This document shows, piece by piece, positions 40,128 to 50,385 of a stretch of 64,000 nt of DNA. Under the pieces are notes generated by a model that had not been told where the DNA came from, did no database searches, and worked only from the letters and a program-made list of their open reading frames with translations. Position 1 is the first letter of the stretch. The number at the start of each line of letters is the position of its first letter. The stretch is from Candidatus Caldarchaeum sp. (GTDB lineage: Archaea; Thermoproteota; Nitrososphaeria_A; Caldarchaeales; Caldarchaeaceae). Location: NCBI GenBank assembly GCA_038831915.1, contig JAWBKB010000001.1, forward strand, positions 122,172-186,171. Reading direction: 5' to 3'. Both the position numbers and the translations under genes were made by a program.

Positions 40128-40445
40128 TCACCCCAACCTACTTCCCAGTTCAACAATAAAATTCTTCGCCTTCTGCAAAACAGTCTGACCCTGCGGAGTG
40201 ATGGCGTAATATTTTCTTGCGGGTCCTCGGCTGCCCTTCGATTCGTCAACGACTTTGATAAGGCCTGATTTCTCCAATCGGTATAACACAACGTAGGAAG
40301 TCACTTGCCCAGGTCTGAACCCGAATTCTTTTTCGATGAGTTTTCTCACCTCGTACCCGTAGAGAGGTTTCCTGTTCAACAGCGTGAGGATGTACAGCCA
40401 TAAATTTTCTTGGGTCAGTTTTCTGACCAGCCGTTCGTACGCCAT
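40128..40445 (-). CDS. PadR-family transcriptional regulator
   Basis: [29 protein letters not shown]. Confidence 0.92.
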   Translation of the reverse strand: MAYERLVRKLTQENLWLYILTLLNRKPLYGYEVRKLIEKEFGFRPGQVTSYVVLYRLEKSGLIKVVDESKGSRGPARKYYAITPQGQTVLQKAKNFIVELGSRLG

Positions 40446-40521
40446 CCGTCTTCAGTTAAACCCACCGGTTTTAAAGCTATGCGGGGATAAATTCATTAAC
40501 CGCATGCTGACAAAAATCGTT

Positions 40522-40671
40522 ATGGTTAAGACGCTTCCGGTAAAAAAACGTCTCGCCAAGGAGATGCGTCGAGCATGGCCAACTCCAGCTTGGGTTATCG
40601 CTAAAACACGTCGTCATGTACGGTCTTCTCATCGTCGCCGAAGTTGGCGGCGTTCGCGGATAAAGCCGTAG
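40522..40671 (+). CDS. rpl39e: 50S ribosomal protein L39e
   Basis: KKRLAKEMRR..PAWVIAKT..RRRSWRRSRIK; ATG at 40522. Confidence 0.9.
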   Translation: MVKTLPVKKRLAKEMRRAWPTPAWVIAKTRRHVRSSHRRRSWRRSRIKP

Positions 40672-42645
40672 CTATTCCCCTTTGAATTCAGGTTTTCGTT
40701 TTGCGAAGAACGCTGAAATTCCTTCCATAAAGTCTTTGGTGAATAACAGGTCTGCAAACAGTGTGCGTTCCGCCGCGAGTCCCCTACTCAGAGGTGCTTC
40801 ACGAGCGGTCAAAACAAGTTGTTTCGCAGCACGTACTGCGAGAGGAGGCATCGAAGCAAGCTTTTCAGCCATGGCCTGAAGTTCTTCGTCGAGCTTTTCA
40901 GGCTTTACTACTTTGTTGACTAAGCCTATTCGGAGGGCTTCCTCAGCTCCGATACGGGTTCCGAGAAGGATGAGTTCAAGTGCCTTCGATAATCCGATGA
41001 GCCTCGGAAGCCTTTGAGTTCCTCCGGCCCCGGGTATCAATCCCAGATTTATTTCGGGCTGGCCGAATTCCGCTCTTTCAGTGGCTATTCTTAGGTCGCA
41101 TGCCTGAATCAATTCGCATCCACCGCCCAACGCGTATCCATCGATTCCCGCGATGACTGGTTTGGGCATCGCCTCGATAATGTTCATAACTTCCTGAAAA
41201 TCTCGTATAAATTTTTCTGCATCGGCTTTCGACCTGACTTCTGTAAATGCCATCACATCGGCGCCAGCTGAAAACGCTCTTTCTCCCACTCCGCGGATGA
41301 CGACGGCCCTGATTTCTTTGTCGTTCCAGATTTTCAAAAGGGCGTCGCTGAGTTCTTGAATCATTTTTGGCGTGATCGTGTTAAGTCGATGCGGCCTGTT
41401 CAAAAGAATACGCGCGACCGGCGGCTTTCTTTCAAGAATTATTTCGCCGTATCCCTCCTCTATTTTTGCGTAGCTGTGAAATCCTTGACCGGTTTTCCGC
41501 CCCAGTTTCCCAGCATTCACCAGGTCGGCTATCAGTGGGTCAACACGGTAAACCTCACCGTATTTTGTTTCGGCTTGGCGGAGGGCTGCCACGACCGCGT
41601 CCAAGCCGAATTCATCCGCCATCTCGAAAATTCCTTTGGGCCATCCGAGGCCAAGTTTGACCGATGTTTCAACGTCTTCGAGGGATGCGACACCATTACG
41701 GACAATCCACGCCGCCATGTTGACTGCCGGGGCTAAAACTGACACCACTTCTACTTTCTGACCGGCGTCCGAGGGAATCGAAGGCCTTTCAAACGGCCCC
41801 CCCTTGTATTCGTAGAAACCTTTCCCGGACTTCATTCCGTAATTGCCCTTGTCGTATAACTCTTTGAAGAGAACGCATGGTTCGGGGGCCTGGAGTTCAC
41901 GTTCTTTAATGGCTTTGCTCGCCAAATGGATGACATCAATTCCGGTGTAGTCTGCGAGCTCAAAAATTCCCATCGGAAGCCCAGCCTTATACTTCAACGC
42001 GGAATCGATTTCCACGACCGAATAAACACCGTCCTTAACCAACATACATGAATAATTCATCAAGGGCATCAAAATTCTGTTGACAATAAATCCCGGAACA
42101 TCTTTCCGACATACCACAACTGTCTTGCCCATTTTCTTTCCAATGTCAACTGCTTTCTCCAAAGTGGCTTGAGAGGTCTTTGCTCCCGCGATCACTTCCA
42201 GTAAGGGCATCATGGGTGGCGGGTTGAAGAAATGCATACCGACAACGTTTTCGGGCCTGCTCGTGGCTGAGGCGATTTCGGTTATGGGTAAAGTGCTTGT
42301 GTTCGTTGCTAAAATAGCATGTTTTGGTGCATGCGCGTCGAGTGTTGAGAAAATCTGAAGCTTAAGGGAGAGGTTTTCAGGAACAGCCTCAATTACAAGG
42401 TCAGCGTCTTTCACAGCTTCGGCAAGGTTCGTTGAAGTTTTAATCCGGGCCAACGCGGCATCAGCCTGCTCCTTAGAAACACGCTTTTTCTCGACGAATT
42501 TTTCCAAACTCCAGCGAATTCTCTCCATTCCTTTCGCGAGAAATTCTTCGGCGACGTCGACCATCACCACGTCAAAATCAGCAAGAGCCGCGAGCTCGGC
42601 GATTCCATGACCCATGACACCAGCTCCGACAACCACGACTTTCAA
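40672..42645 (-). CDS. 3-hydroxyacyl-CoA dehydrogenase / enoyl-CoA hydratase fusion
   Basis: GAGVMGHGIA, EAVPE, TNTS, GMHFFNP; C-terminal AFSAGAD, GGGCE, QPEINLG. Confidence 0.95.
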   Translation of the reverse strand: MKVVVVGAGVMGHGIAELAALADFDVVMVDVAEEFLAKGMERIRWSLEKFVEKKRVSKEQADAALARIKTSTNLAEAVKDADLVIEAVPENLSLKLQIFSTLDAHAPKHAILATNTSTLPITEIASATSRPENVVGMHFFNPPPMMPLLEVIAGAKTSQATLEKAVDIGKKMGKTVVVCRKDVPGFIVNRILMPLMNYSCMLVKDGVYSVVEIDSALKYKAGLPMGIFELADYTGIDVIHLASKAIKERELQAPEPCVLFKELYDKGNYGMKSGKGFYEYKGGPFERPSIPSDAGQKVEVVSVLAPAVNMAAWIVRNGVASLEDVETSVKLGLGWPKGIFEMADEFGLDAVVAALRQAETKYGEVYRVDPLIADLVNAGKLGRKTGQGFHSYAKIEEGYGEIILERKPPVARILLNRPHRLNTITPKMIQELSDALLKIWNDKEIRAVVIRGVGERAFSAGADVMAFTEVRSKADAEKFIRDFQEVMNIIEAMPKPVIAGIDGYALGGGCELIQACDLRIATERAEFGQPEINLGLIPGAGGTQRLPRLIGLSKALELILLGTRIGAEEALRIGLVNKVVKPEKLDEELQAMAEKLASMPPLAVRAAKQLVLTAREAPLSRGLAAERTLFADLLFTKDFMEGISAFFAKRKPEFKGE

Positions 42646-42689
42646 AACTTCTCAACTATACATGAGCTGGGAAATATATAAAGACCTTA

Positions 42690-43907
42690 TCAGACTCGGA
42701 AGAATTTTAGGGCCCTTTTCAGCGCGTCACCCAATATTTCTATTTCTTCAGCCGTGTTGTATATGTAGAAGCTTGCGCGAGTCGACGCGGGAATGCCTAG
42801 CTTTGTGTGTATGGGCATGGCGCAGTGATGACCCGCTCTGACACAGATGTTGTCTTTATCCAGGAATGAGGCTAAGTCGTGTGGATGGATGTCTGCGAGG
42901 TTGAAGGCCACAAGGCCGCATCGGTGTTCCGGGTTTTCAGGGCCGTAAATCTTCACCCATTTCAGCTCTGAAAGAGTTTCCAAGACTCTAGCTGTTAGAC
43001 GATGTTCATGCTCCCGAACGTTGTCCATCCCGAGCCGGCGAAGATAATCAACTGCAGCGCCAAGCCCCACGGCCCCAGCGACATGCGGCGTACCTGCCTC
43101 AAACTTCCACGGCGGGTCGTTCCAAACTGCCCTGTCGAGATAAACCTCCTTAATCATTTCGCCGCCACCCATGAAAGGCTCCAGTTCCTCCAGCAACTCT
43201 TTCCGACCATACAACACGCCGATACCAGTCGGTGCGAGCATCTTATGCCCGCTGAAAGCCAAAAAATCACATCCAATATCTTGAACGTCGACAGGCATGT
43301 GTGGAACCGATTGGGCGGCGTCGACAACTGTTATGGCTCCATTTTCTTGGGCAAGCTTGCATAGTTGTTTCGCGTCGTTGACTGTGCCGAGCACATTCGA
43401 TGCATGAACAAAGCTGAAAACATCAGCGTCCTTCAAAAGCTTCTCCCCAGCGGCGATGTCGAGGTAGCCGTCGTCAGTGAACGGAACATATTCGACTCGA
43501 TGGCCCATGATTTTCGACACGATTTGCCAGGGCACGATGTTGCTGTGATGCTCCATCATCGTGAGAACTATTTTGCTTCCCCGCTTGAGCCGGCTAATTC
43601 CAAGACTGTGGGCGACGAGATTTAGGGCCTCAGTTGTGTTCCTTACAAAAACAATTTCCCGGCTGCTCCGTGCATTTATAAATTCCGCAACCTTCTTTCT
43701 ATTTCCTTCATACAATTCAGTGGCTTCAACACTCAGGGCGTAAACACCGCGATGAACGTTTGCGTTAGAGCGACGGTAGAAATCAGCCACCGCTTCAATC
43801 ACCTGAACCGGTTTCTGACTCGTGGCAGTGCTGTCAAGATAAATCAGATTCGGACGATTTCGGAAAACCGGAAAATCTTCACGAATCTTATACGGGTCGA
43901 ACGTCAA
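42690..43907 (-). CDS. sufS: Cysteine desulfurase, SufS type
   Basis: YLDSTAT, EHHSN, FSGHK, RAGHHCA. Confidence 0.95.
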   Translation of the reverse strand: MTFDPYKIREDFPVFRNRPNLIYLDSTATSQKPVQVIEAVADFYRRSNANVHRGVYALSVEATELYEGNRKKVAEFINARSSREIVFVRNTTEALNLVAHSLGISRLKRGSKIVLTMMEHHSNIVPWQIVSKIMGHRVEYVPFTDDGYLDIAAGEKLLKDADVFSFVHASNVLGTVNDAKQLCKLAQENGAITVVDAAQSVPHMPVDVQDIGCDFLAFSGHKMLAPTGIGVLYGRKELLEELEPFMGGGEMIKEVYLDRAVWNDPPWKFEAGTPHVAGAVGLGAAVDYLRRLGMDNVREHEHRLTARVLETLSELKWVKIYGPENPEHRCGLVAFNLADIHPHDLASFLDKDNICVRAGHHCAMPIHTKLGIPASTRASFYIYNTAEEIEILGDALKRALKFFRV

Positions 43908-44308
43908 CCCATAACCGTATCTGAATTGGATGAAGACGTATATAGCTTCTCCAGTTCATCTAGTATTTGAGAAAGAAACCAGGTGTTTATTCTGTACCGG
44001 CCATGGCCGACGTAAACGATGAACGGATTAGCTTCAAGAAGCTTGGAAAGTTCTTCACCTTTCAAGTTGGTCAGAACCGAAATGTCCCCTGGAGTAACAG
44101 TGCTTTCAGTGTTGAAACCAAGCATTTTAGCTAGTATTTTTCCTAGCATGAAAAGTAAAACGCGTGGAATGCCTGGTTGGATGTTGGTTTTTGGCATTAC
44201 ATCGCCGTCCTCGTTGATAACTAAATATCTGCTCATCCTAGGTGCTTCAATTTCAAGCAGTTTTACTTCCTCGAATCGAAGCTCTTGAAATCGAGTTGTT
44301 TTTGTCAT
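43904..44308 (-). CDS. Hypothetical winged-helix-like protein (paralog of the upstream gene)
   Basis: RYLVINEDGDV..LLFMLGKILAKMLG..GHGRYRI. Confidence 0.65.
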   Translation of the reverse strand: MTKTTRFQELRFEEVKLLEIEAPRMSRYLVINEDGDVMPKTNIQPGIPRVLLFMLGKILAKMLGFNTESTVTPGDISVLTNLKGEELSKLLEANPFIVYVGHGRYRINTWFLSQILDELEKLYTSSSNSDTVMG

Positions 44309-44334
44309 CGTTCTTCACGTTTTGTAGCAAGGCT

Positions 44335-44724
44335 TTATTCAACGGCATCGAGCACCTCGTTATGTTTTGCGAGCTGAACAGTATAACCGCCTCGTTCAAC
44401 CGCTAAAACCAGCTGCGAATCTTTCAGCTCCTTCAAACGTGCCGCTACAACGAAATAATCAGCGCCTAAGGAACCTGAAATTTCCTCTATCGAAGCCACA
44501 TCACTCTGAACCAATCCCATCTCTCTTGCAAACCTTTTTGCGGCCAGATAGAGCATGATTTGGGCGCGTAACGGAAGTTTATCTTTAGGAATCATGAAGA
44601 TGACCTTACCATCTTTAGTTAGTCTGATGAACCTTTTCGCACGCTCGACGAGGGCAGTGGAAAGCTCTTCCTCGTCTATCAACAATTCCTTCAATTTCTT
44701 TTGCAGTTCATCGTTTTGCATCAA
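44335..44724 (-). CDS. Hypothetical winged-helix-like protein
   Basis: RFIRLTKDGKV..MLYLAAKRFAREMG..EEISGSLG..VAARLKEL..ERGGYTV. Confidence 0.7.
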   Translation of the reverse strand: MMQNDELQKKLKELLIDEEELSTALVERAKRFIRLTKDGKVIFMIPKDKLPLRAQIMLYLAAKRFAREMGLVQSDVASIEEISGSLGADYFVVAARLKELKDSQLVLAVERGGYTVQLAKHNEVLDAVE

Positions 44725-44751
44725 GACCGGGATTTACCGGGAGATTTAAAT

Positions 44752-46614
44752 TTACGTAAAATATCGATATCCGGGACGTTTCGAGTAAGCCATAGGCATC
44801 GTCAGGGGCCTGGTTGGGTAGTCCTTTGTTTCTTTCAGGATTAGCTTTACAAGAGAGTTGACAGTTTTGGTCTCTACCTTTTGCGCGCCGCGTATTCTCA
44901 CGGCGAGTTTTCCGGTTTTGGCTTCTTTGGGACCTATGGTTGCGATGTAGGGTATCCAGCTTGTTTCGGCTTCGCGGACTTTTTTCGCAAGGCTTTCACC
45001 ACGGTCGTCAACGTCGACGCGAATTCCCTGTGCGGCGATTTTTTCAGCGATGCGGAATGCTTTCGGAACCTGTTTTTCGGTGAGAGGGAGAATTCGGAGC
45101 TGTATCGGGGAAAGCCACGTGGGAAGCCGGGGAGGTGTTTGCGAAAGAGCCGAGTCAACGACCACGTATAGATATCTTTCAACCGTGCCGATGATAGCGG
45201 AATGAAGTATGACTGGATATTTTTTGTTTCCCTGGCTATCGACATAGGAGATGCCGAACCTTTCCGCGTTGCCTACGTCTATCTGAACGGTTCCTATTTC
45301 CCGCGGTCGGCCAAATCTGTCGACGATGTGATATTCGATGTTGAGAACCCAATAGTAGGAACTGTCTTCGGGGTAGAATGAAAGCAAAACAGGTTTGCGT
45401 TCACGTCTTAAAAGCCTTAAGAAGAATTCACGGTTTTCTTCGAAGAATTTTCGTGAAGTGAGGTTGTATAGCGAGTAATAGTCCCGTCCGAGCTTCTCTA
45501 TTTCGAGGTAGATCCGGTCGTGGATTTTTTCAACCATCTCCATGGCTTGCGGTATGTCGCGGCAGAAAACATGGAGGTCCGGCATGGACATTCTTCGGAG
45601 ACGAAATCCAAGCTCTAGCTCGCCGCGTTGTTCTAATCGATAGCTGTCCGCTACTTCAAACATTCCGAACGGAAGGCTGCGGTAGCTGATAACCCATTTA
45701 CGGGCGAGAGCAAACTGCTGAAAACACGCCGCGTAGCGAAGCACATGAGGCCTACCATCAACATCGACCTTGTACATCCTCTGGCCGAAAAGGTTTGCAT
45801 GTTCGCGGATAGGTTTGCTTTCGAGGCTGAACATGTTGGTTCCCTTGACGAAGTAGACGGGGAACCCGAGTTCTCTCACAATCTTCGAAGCATAATCGGA
45901 GATGAGGTCGTGGATTAAAGTTCCTTCAGGACCGTAGTGCATGTGCCCGCTGTCGCTTAGCTCTTCCCAATCGATGTCAAATCTTTTCAAAATTTTGCTA
46001 TGCTCTGGCTCGATGACTTCCGGCAGTGCTTTGCCCAAAGCCTCCTTTTCAACCAGCACTTTGAAGCCGTCTGGCAGCTCCAAGTTGTTCATCTGAGAAG
46101 GCGGAAACAGGCTGCCGTCCGGAGTAAGTATGAGGTATGTTTTTTCGAGCGGGGCTGATGGTTTCTGCTGAGCCAGAGACGCCTTCGTGTAGACGCGTGA
46201 ACGTTCCGCGAGAGGATGGCCTTTCACACTCAACGTCAAGGCCTTGTTCCATCCAAATGGCGAGCGATGAACCTCGACACCGTTTCGCCGGGCGATGTTC
46301 TCCATGAATTTCAGTATTTCCAAGGCATGTTCGGGTGTGGCGAGGTCTTTCGAAAGATGAGCGAAAGGATAAATCACCATTCGCGGAACCCTCAACCTTT
46401 TCATGAACTCGACAACATCTCTCACCGCTTCTTCGGCGACTTGTTCATCATCCTCCGGCTCCACTGATGTAAGCACGACAAACGCGTCATCGATACGTGT
46501 TGGAACGGTCTGAGCTTCCTCGGCAACGGCCGATTCTTTTCTCACGGGCCTGTACTCGATGAAATCGACATGCAATTCAAGAAGTTTCAAACCGTTTCTG
46601 AGCTGACACACCAC
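44752..46614 (-). CDS. thrS: Threonyl-tRNA synthetase (archaeal N-terminal editing domain)
   Basis: LHVDFIEY, YPFAHLS, RSPFGW, LRYAACF, YRLEQRGE, HSAIIGTVER; true start probably TTG ~46590. Confidence 0.96.
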   Translation of the reverse strand: MVCQLRNGLKLLELHVDFIEYRPVRKESAVAEEAQTVPTRIDDAFVVLTSVEPEDDEQVAEEAVRDVVEFMKRLRVPRMVIYPFAHLSKDLATPEHALEILKFMENIARRNGVEVHRSPFGWNKALTLSVKGHPLAERSRVYTKASLAQQKPSAPLEKTYLILTPDGSLFPPSQMNNLELPDGFKVLVEKEALGKALPEVIEPEHSKILKRFDIDWEELSDSGHMHYGPEGTLIHDLISDYASKIVRELGFPVYFVKGTNMFSLESKPIREHANLFGQRMYKVDVDGRPHVLRYAACFQQFALARKWVISYRSLPFGMFEVADSYRLEQRGELELGFRLRRMSMPDLHVFCRDIPQAMEMVEKIHDRIYLEIEKLGRDYYSLYNLTSRKFFEENREFFLRLLRRERKPVLLSFYPEDSSYYWVLNIEYHIVDRFGRPREIGTVQIDVGNAERFGISYVDSQGNKKYPVILHSAIIGTVERYLYVVVDSALSQTPPRLPTWLSPIQLRILPLTEKQVPKAFRIAEKIAAQGIRVDVDDRGESLAKKVREAETSWIPYIATIGPKEAKTGKLAVRIRGAQKVETKTVNSLVKLILKETKDYPTRPLTMPMAYSKRPGYRYFT

Positions 46615-46673
46615 TATATATAACCCTAAATACTTCAGCCGGCATAATGGCTCGCTTTTTCCGACGCCAATGC

Positions 46674-47636
46674 TTAACGTGTTATGAGTTGGTCATTGAT
46701 CTGGAAGTTCCTTATCGATGCAGCGACATGTAGTCCCGTGTTCGGTAAGGGCCACATTGTGAGAACTTCATAGTTTATGTTCATGGTTCGCCGAGCTCCG
46801 CCACCAAGTAGAAGGTCGAGGAGAGACGGACTTGGAGGCCTAATCCACCTCGTCGGAGCGGTGTCAGGTAGATTGGCGAGCTGCCGCGCTCTTCCAACCG
46901 CATCATCGAGGGAACCGACCCCGTCGACCAACCCCACACGTAGGGCCTCCACACCCGTGAACGGCCGGGCCGATAAAACATCATCCCAGTCATTAATCTT
47001 CGCTGCGCGGTGTTCGCGGACACGGTCTGCGAAGAGCTTCGCTATGTCGTCAATCATGTTCTGCATGATTTTTCTGTCTTCGTCTGTCATGGATCTCCAT
47101 TCGCTTCCTATGTCCTTGAATTTTCCGCTTTTGAAAGTTTCAGCCCTTACACCAAGCCTGTCCATCAATTCATGCCAGTTGATGAGGACGCTGACTGCTC
47201 CTACCGAACCGGTCAACGCCGCTCGAGATGAAATGATTTCTCGTGCGGGCAAAGCGATGTAATATCCGCCAGAAGCCCCGTATTCACTGATGTAGCTGAC
47301 AACGACCTTCTCCTCACTGAGCTTTTTGAAAATCCTGTAAATTTCCTCGGAGGCAACGGCGCTTCCGCCCGGACTGTTAATCACAACCACGACAGCTTTG
47401 GCATAAGGGTCTCTCCGCACCTGTGAAACAAGATTTTCAACATCACGAGGTGTCAAGAAATCGCCCGCGAGAATTGCTAGAGGCGATTCGGTGTATGCGA
47501 TAGGGCCGTCTACATTAACCAAAGCAACATAATCAACGGCTACAGTCTGAGGCCGCAAAGTGAATACCGAAACTACTCCGACAACGGCCACCGCGCCGAT
47601 CAAAAAGCCGACTAAAAACGAAAACCACCATTTCAT
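46674..47636 (-). CDS. sppA: Signal peptide peptidase SppA (S49)
   Basis: INSPGGS, ASGGYYIA, TGSVG, KSGKFKD. Confidence 0.93.
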   Translation of the reverse strand: MKWWFSFLVGFLIGAVAVVGVVSVFTLRPQTVAVDYVALVNVDGPIAYTESPLAILAGDFLTPRDVENLVSQVRRDPYAKAVVVVINSPGGSAVASEEIYRIFKKLSEEKVVVSYISEYGASGGYYIALPAREIISSRAALTGSVGAVSVLINWHELMDRLGVRAETFKSGKFKDIGSEWRSMTDEDRKIMQNMIDDIAKLFADRVREHRAAKINDWDDVLSARPFTGVEALRVGLVDGVGSLDDAVGRARQLANLPDTAPTRWIRPPSPSLLDLLLGGGARRTMNINYEVLTMWPLPNTGLHVAASIRNFQINDQLITR

Positions 47637-47754
47637 CGCAACTGAGAAAATTATTGATTGGCCATTTAACGATTGCTCATCTCATAAAGACGGTATTTCT
47701 CGGGCAGGTTGAAAACTCACAACACATAAATAATTAGTTTGGTAGGGGAAAGGC

Positions 47755-48237
47755 ATGGGAAAGACCGGAATAGAAATTGTAAAAGCACCTATCGATGAGG
47801 TGATTTCCGACCTTCTTAAGGCGTATGCCGATGAATGGCTCGCCCACTACCAATACTGGGTAGCGGCTGTCAATTTGAAGGGGGTTGACGCAGACACTTT
47901 CCGGCCTGTTTTGATGGAGATGTCCGCGCACGAGCTCAAACACGCTGAAAAACTCGCCAAAAGAATCATCCAGCTCGGCGGCAAACCAGTGCTCGAATTT
48001 GACAAACTAATTCAGACAAGCGGCTGCGGATACATACCACCACCTGCAGACCCAACCAACTACGAACAACTAATCAAAGACATTCTCAAAGCCGAGCAGT
48101 GCGCTATCAGGTTTTACAGCAAAATGGTGGAAAAATACCGATTTACCGACGTAGTCACGTACGAGCTCTTCGAAGAATTGCTGGAAGACGAAGTCGAAGA
48201 CGAGCAGACTTGGGAAGATTTTCTCGCAAAACTCTAA
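47755..48237 (+). CDS. Ferritin-like DPS-like/bacterioferritin-related protein
   Basis: ADEWLAHYQY, ELKHA..RIIQLGG, AEQCAI, EDEVED. Confidence 0.88.
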   Translation: MGKTGIEIVKAPIDEVISDLLKAYADEWLAHYQYWVAAVNLKGVDADTFRPVLMEMSAHELKHAEKLAKRIIQLGGKPVLEFDKLIQTSGCGYIPPPADPTNYEQLIKDILKAEQCAIRFYSKMVEKYRFTDVVTYELFEELLEDEVEDEQTWEDFLAKL

Positions 48238-48296
48238 CCTTTTTGTCCACAAGCTAAATATCATGGCTTGTTTAATGCGTTTTTGAAAGGAAGCGG

Positions 48297-49535
48297 TTGA
48301 AGGTAGCCCTCATTCAAAGAGTCGATGACTGGTCAGAATATAACTTGGACGAGCTTGAAGAACTTTGCAAAACGGTTGGCTATGAACCAGTGTACAAAAT
48401 CGTTCAAAAAAGAGCTCCACATTCAAAATTTATGATCGGGCCTGGGAAGGTCGAGGAGCTGCGAGCGGCGGTTAAAAAGCTAAACATCGAGAAGATCGTC
48501 TCCGAAAATGAGTTAAAACCTGTTCAAGAATACAACCTAGCCAAGGCTCTGTCTGTACCGGTGATCTCGCGTACACAGCTTATTTTGGAAACCTTCGCAT
48601 TACGTGCCGCTTCGACAGAGGCTAAGCTCCAAATCAAATTGGCGGAGCTTCAGTACGAGCTTTCACGGGCCAAGGAAAAGGTGCGGCTTGCGAAAAAAGG
48701 AGAACAACCGGGTTTTCACGGCCTTGGAGCCTACGAAGCAGACGTTTACTACAACGAAGTGTTTAGAAGAATTTCCACCATCAGAGAAAAGCTAAAAGCT
48801 ATTCGCATGAGGAAAACTTTGGTCCGTAAGAAGCGAATTGAAGGAGGTTTGCCAGTGGTAGCTTTAACAGGCTACACAAACGCTGGAAAAACTTCTCTGT
48901 TCAACTTCCTCGCCGGAGAAAATTTGCCGGTCAGTTCTCAGCTCTTCACTACTTTGGCCACTACGTCGCGGATAGTTCGTTTCAACGGGCGGAAAGCCTA
49001 CCTAACCGACACAGTCGGGTTCATCAAAAACCTCCCGCATCTATTGGTGGAATCGTTCCATTCAACCTTAAGCGAATTCATCTACGCAGACCTGCTGCTG
49101 CTGGTCATCGATGTCAGCGAAGAACTTTCGACGATCGAGACGAAGCTTAACACTTGTTTGAATGTTTTGGACGAAGTTGGTGTGAAAAACGTTCCGCTGC
49201 TTGTTGTTTTCAACAAAATCGACAAAAGCCCTGACTACGAGAATAAAATCAGGGCATTAGCACCCGAATTTAGATACGTTGCTATTTCGGCCCAAACCGG
49301 TGAAAACATCGACAAGCTTGAGGAAGCTGTGGCCGACATGATGGGCGGATATGTCAGGTGCAGAGCTAGACTCGCCGACGGAGAAACGACATATGAAATC
49401 TTAACTGAGATAAGGAAGTTCGGAAATGTGTTGAAAATCGAACATGACCAAGACGCGTTTGAAATCGACTGTGAAGCCCCTGTCCAGCTTGCTGAAAAAA
49501 TTCGAAACATCGCGGTTAATTTCCATGTCGTTTAA
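48297..49535 (+). CDS. hflX: GTPase HflX
   Basis: GPGKVEE, EAKLQI, GYTNAGKTS, FTTL, DTVGFI, NKID. Confidence 0.95.
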   Translation: MKVALIQRVDDWSEYNLDELEELCKTVGYEPVYKIVQKRAPHSKFMIGPGKVEELRAAVKKLNIEKIVSENELKPVQEYNLAKALSVPVISRTQLILETFALRAASTEAKLQIKLAELQYELSRAKEKVRLAKKGEQPGFHGLGAYEADVYYNEVFRRISTIREKLKAIRMRKTLVRKKRIEGGLPVVALTGYTNAGKTSLFNFLAGENLPVSSQLFTTLATTSRIVRFNGRKAYLTDTVGFIKNLPHLLVESFHSTLSEFIYADLLLLVIDVSEELSTIETKLNTCLNVLDEVGVKNVPLLVVFNKIDKSPDYENKIRALAPEFRYVAISAQTGENIDKLEEAVADMMGGYVRCRARLADGETTYEILTEIRKFGNVLKIEHDQDAFEIDCEAPVQLAEKIRNIAVNFHVV

Positions 49536-49989
49536 AGAGATTCATCTGCGATACGCGCGGGAACTATTCTCATTCATCTTCGGAATTGATGGACGCGCCT
49601 TTTTTCCGGATGAATGTGAAGTGGAAGTTTCTCCTTCAACGGGGAAGCTACGTCGAATCTGGCTGAACGGGAAATGTCTAGCCACGGTTAGAGCTGAGGA
49701 CGGACTGATCTCGCTCACGCTACATGGTGGGGAAAGATTGCTGGGACTAGTCGAGGGTGTCCGTCATCAGGTCGTGGTGAACGAACGCGGCGTTTCCCGT
49801 GTGAAGGAGGGATACGATGTTTCAGCGGGCGAAGTTGTCGACGCCGACCCTGCGATTATCCCCAGCAGTGAAGTTTTGGTCGTGGACGAGGCGCGGCGGC
49901 TGGTCGGAGTGGGTAAAGCAGTTCTTACGGCGGTTGAGATGAAGGAGCTTCGGAACGGCACCGCTGTCAAAGTCAGGCATAAGGTTTAA
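49525..49989 (+). CDS. PUA-domain RNA-binding protein
   Basis: STGKLRRI, ATVRAEDG, DADPAI..EVLVVDE..VGVGKA..AVKVRH; ATG at 49525. Confidence 0.85.
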   Translation: MSFKEIHLRYARELFSFIFGIDGRAFFPDECEVEVSPSTGKLRRIWLNGKCLATVRAEDGLISLTLHGGERLLGLVEGVRHQVVVNERGVSRVKEGYDVSAGEVVDADPAIIPSSEVLVVDEARRLVGVGKAVLTAVEMKELRNGTAVKVRHKV

Positions 49990-50016
49990 ACCTAGATTCG
50001 GTATCGTTTTTCGAAG

Positions 50017-50385
50017 TTGAAAAGGCTAAGCCCGCGGGAGATGCGGCGTGCCCAGGAACGAATGCTGAAATCGCTTGGACTCGACATTGAGGAAGTTGGA
50101 CAAGCGGAAGAAGTAGTCATCAAGCTTGAGAACCGGACTATCACTTTGAAGGGACCCAGCGTGTTGGTGGTAAAAACCGGTGGCGAAAAAGTTTTCCAAC
50201 TAGTTGGTGGCGAAGTTTTCGAAGAAGCAAAAAAGGAGCAGCCTACGACATATGTTCCTTCTGACGAGGACGTGTCTTTGGTAATTGCTCAGACAGGTGT
50301 TTCTGAGGAGGAGGCACGCGGTGCATTGATGCAGACGTCCGGAGACTTGGCCAAAGCCATTCTCCTGCTTCGTTCAAAACGTTAA
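50017..50385 (+). CDS. nac: Nascent polypeptide-associated complex protein (aeNAC)
   Basis: NAC domain plus UBA: EDVSLVIAQTGVSEEEAR..GDLAKAI. Confidence 0.93.
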   Translation: MKRLSPREMRRAQERMLKSLGLDIEEVGQAEEVVIKLENRTITLKGPSVLVVKTGGEKVFQLVGGEVFEEAKKEQPTTYVPSDEDVSLVIAQTGVSEEEARGALMQTSGDLAKAILLLRSKR

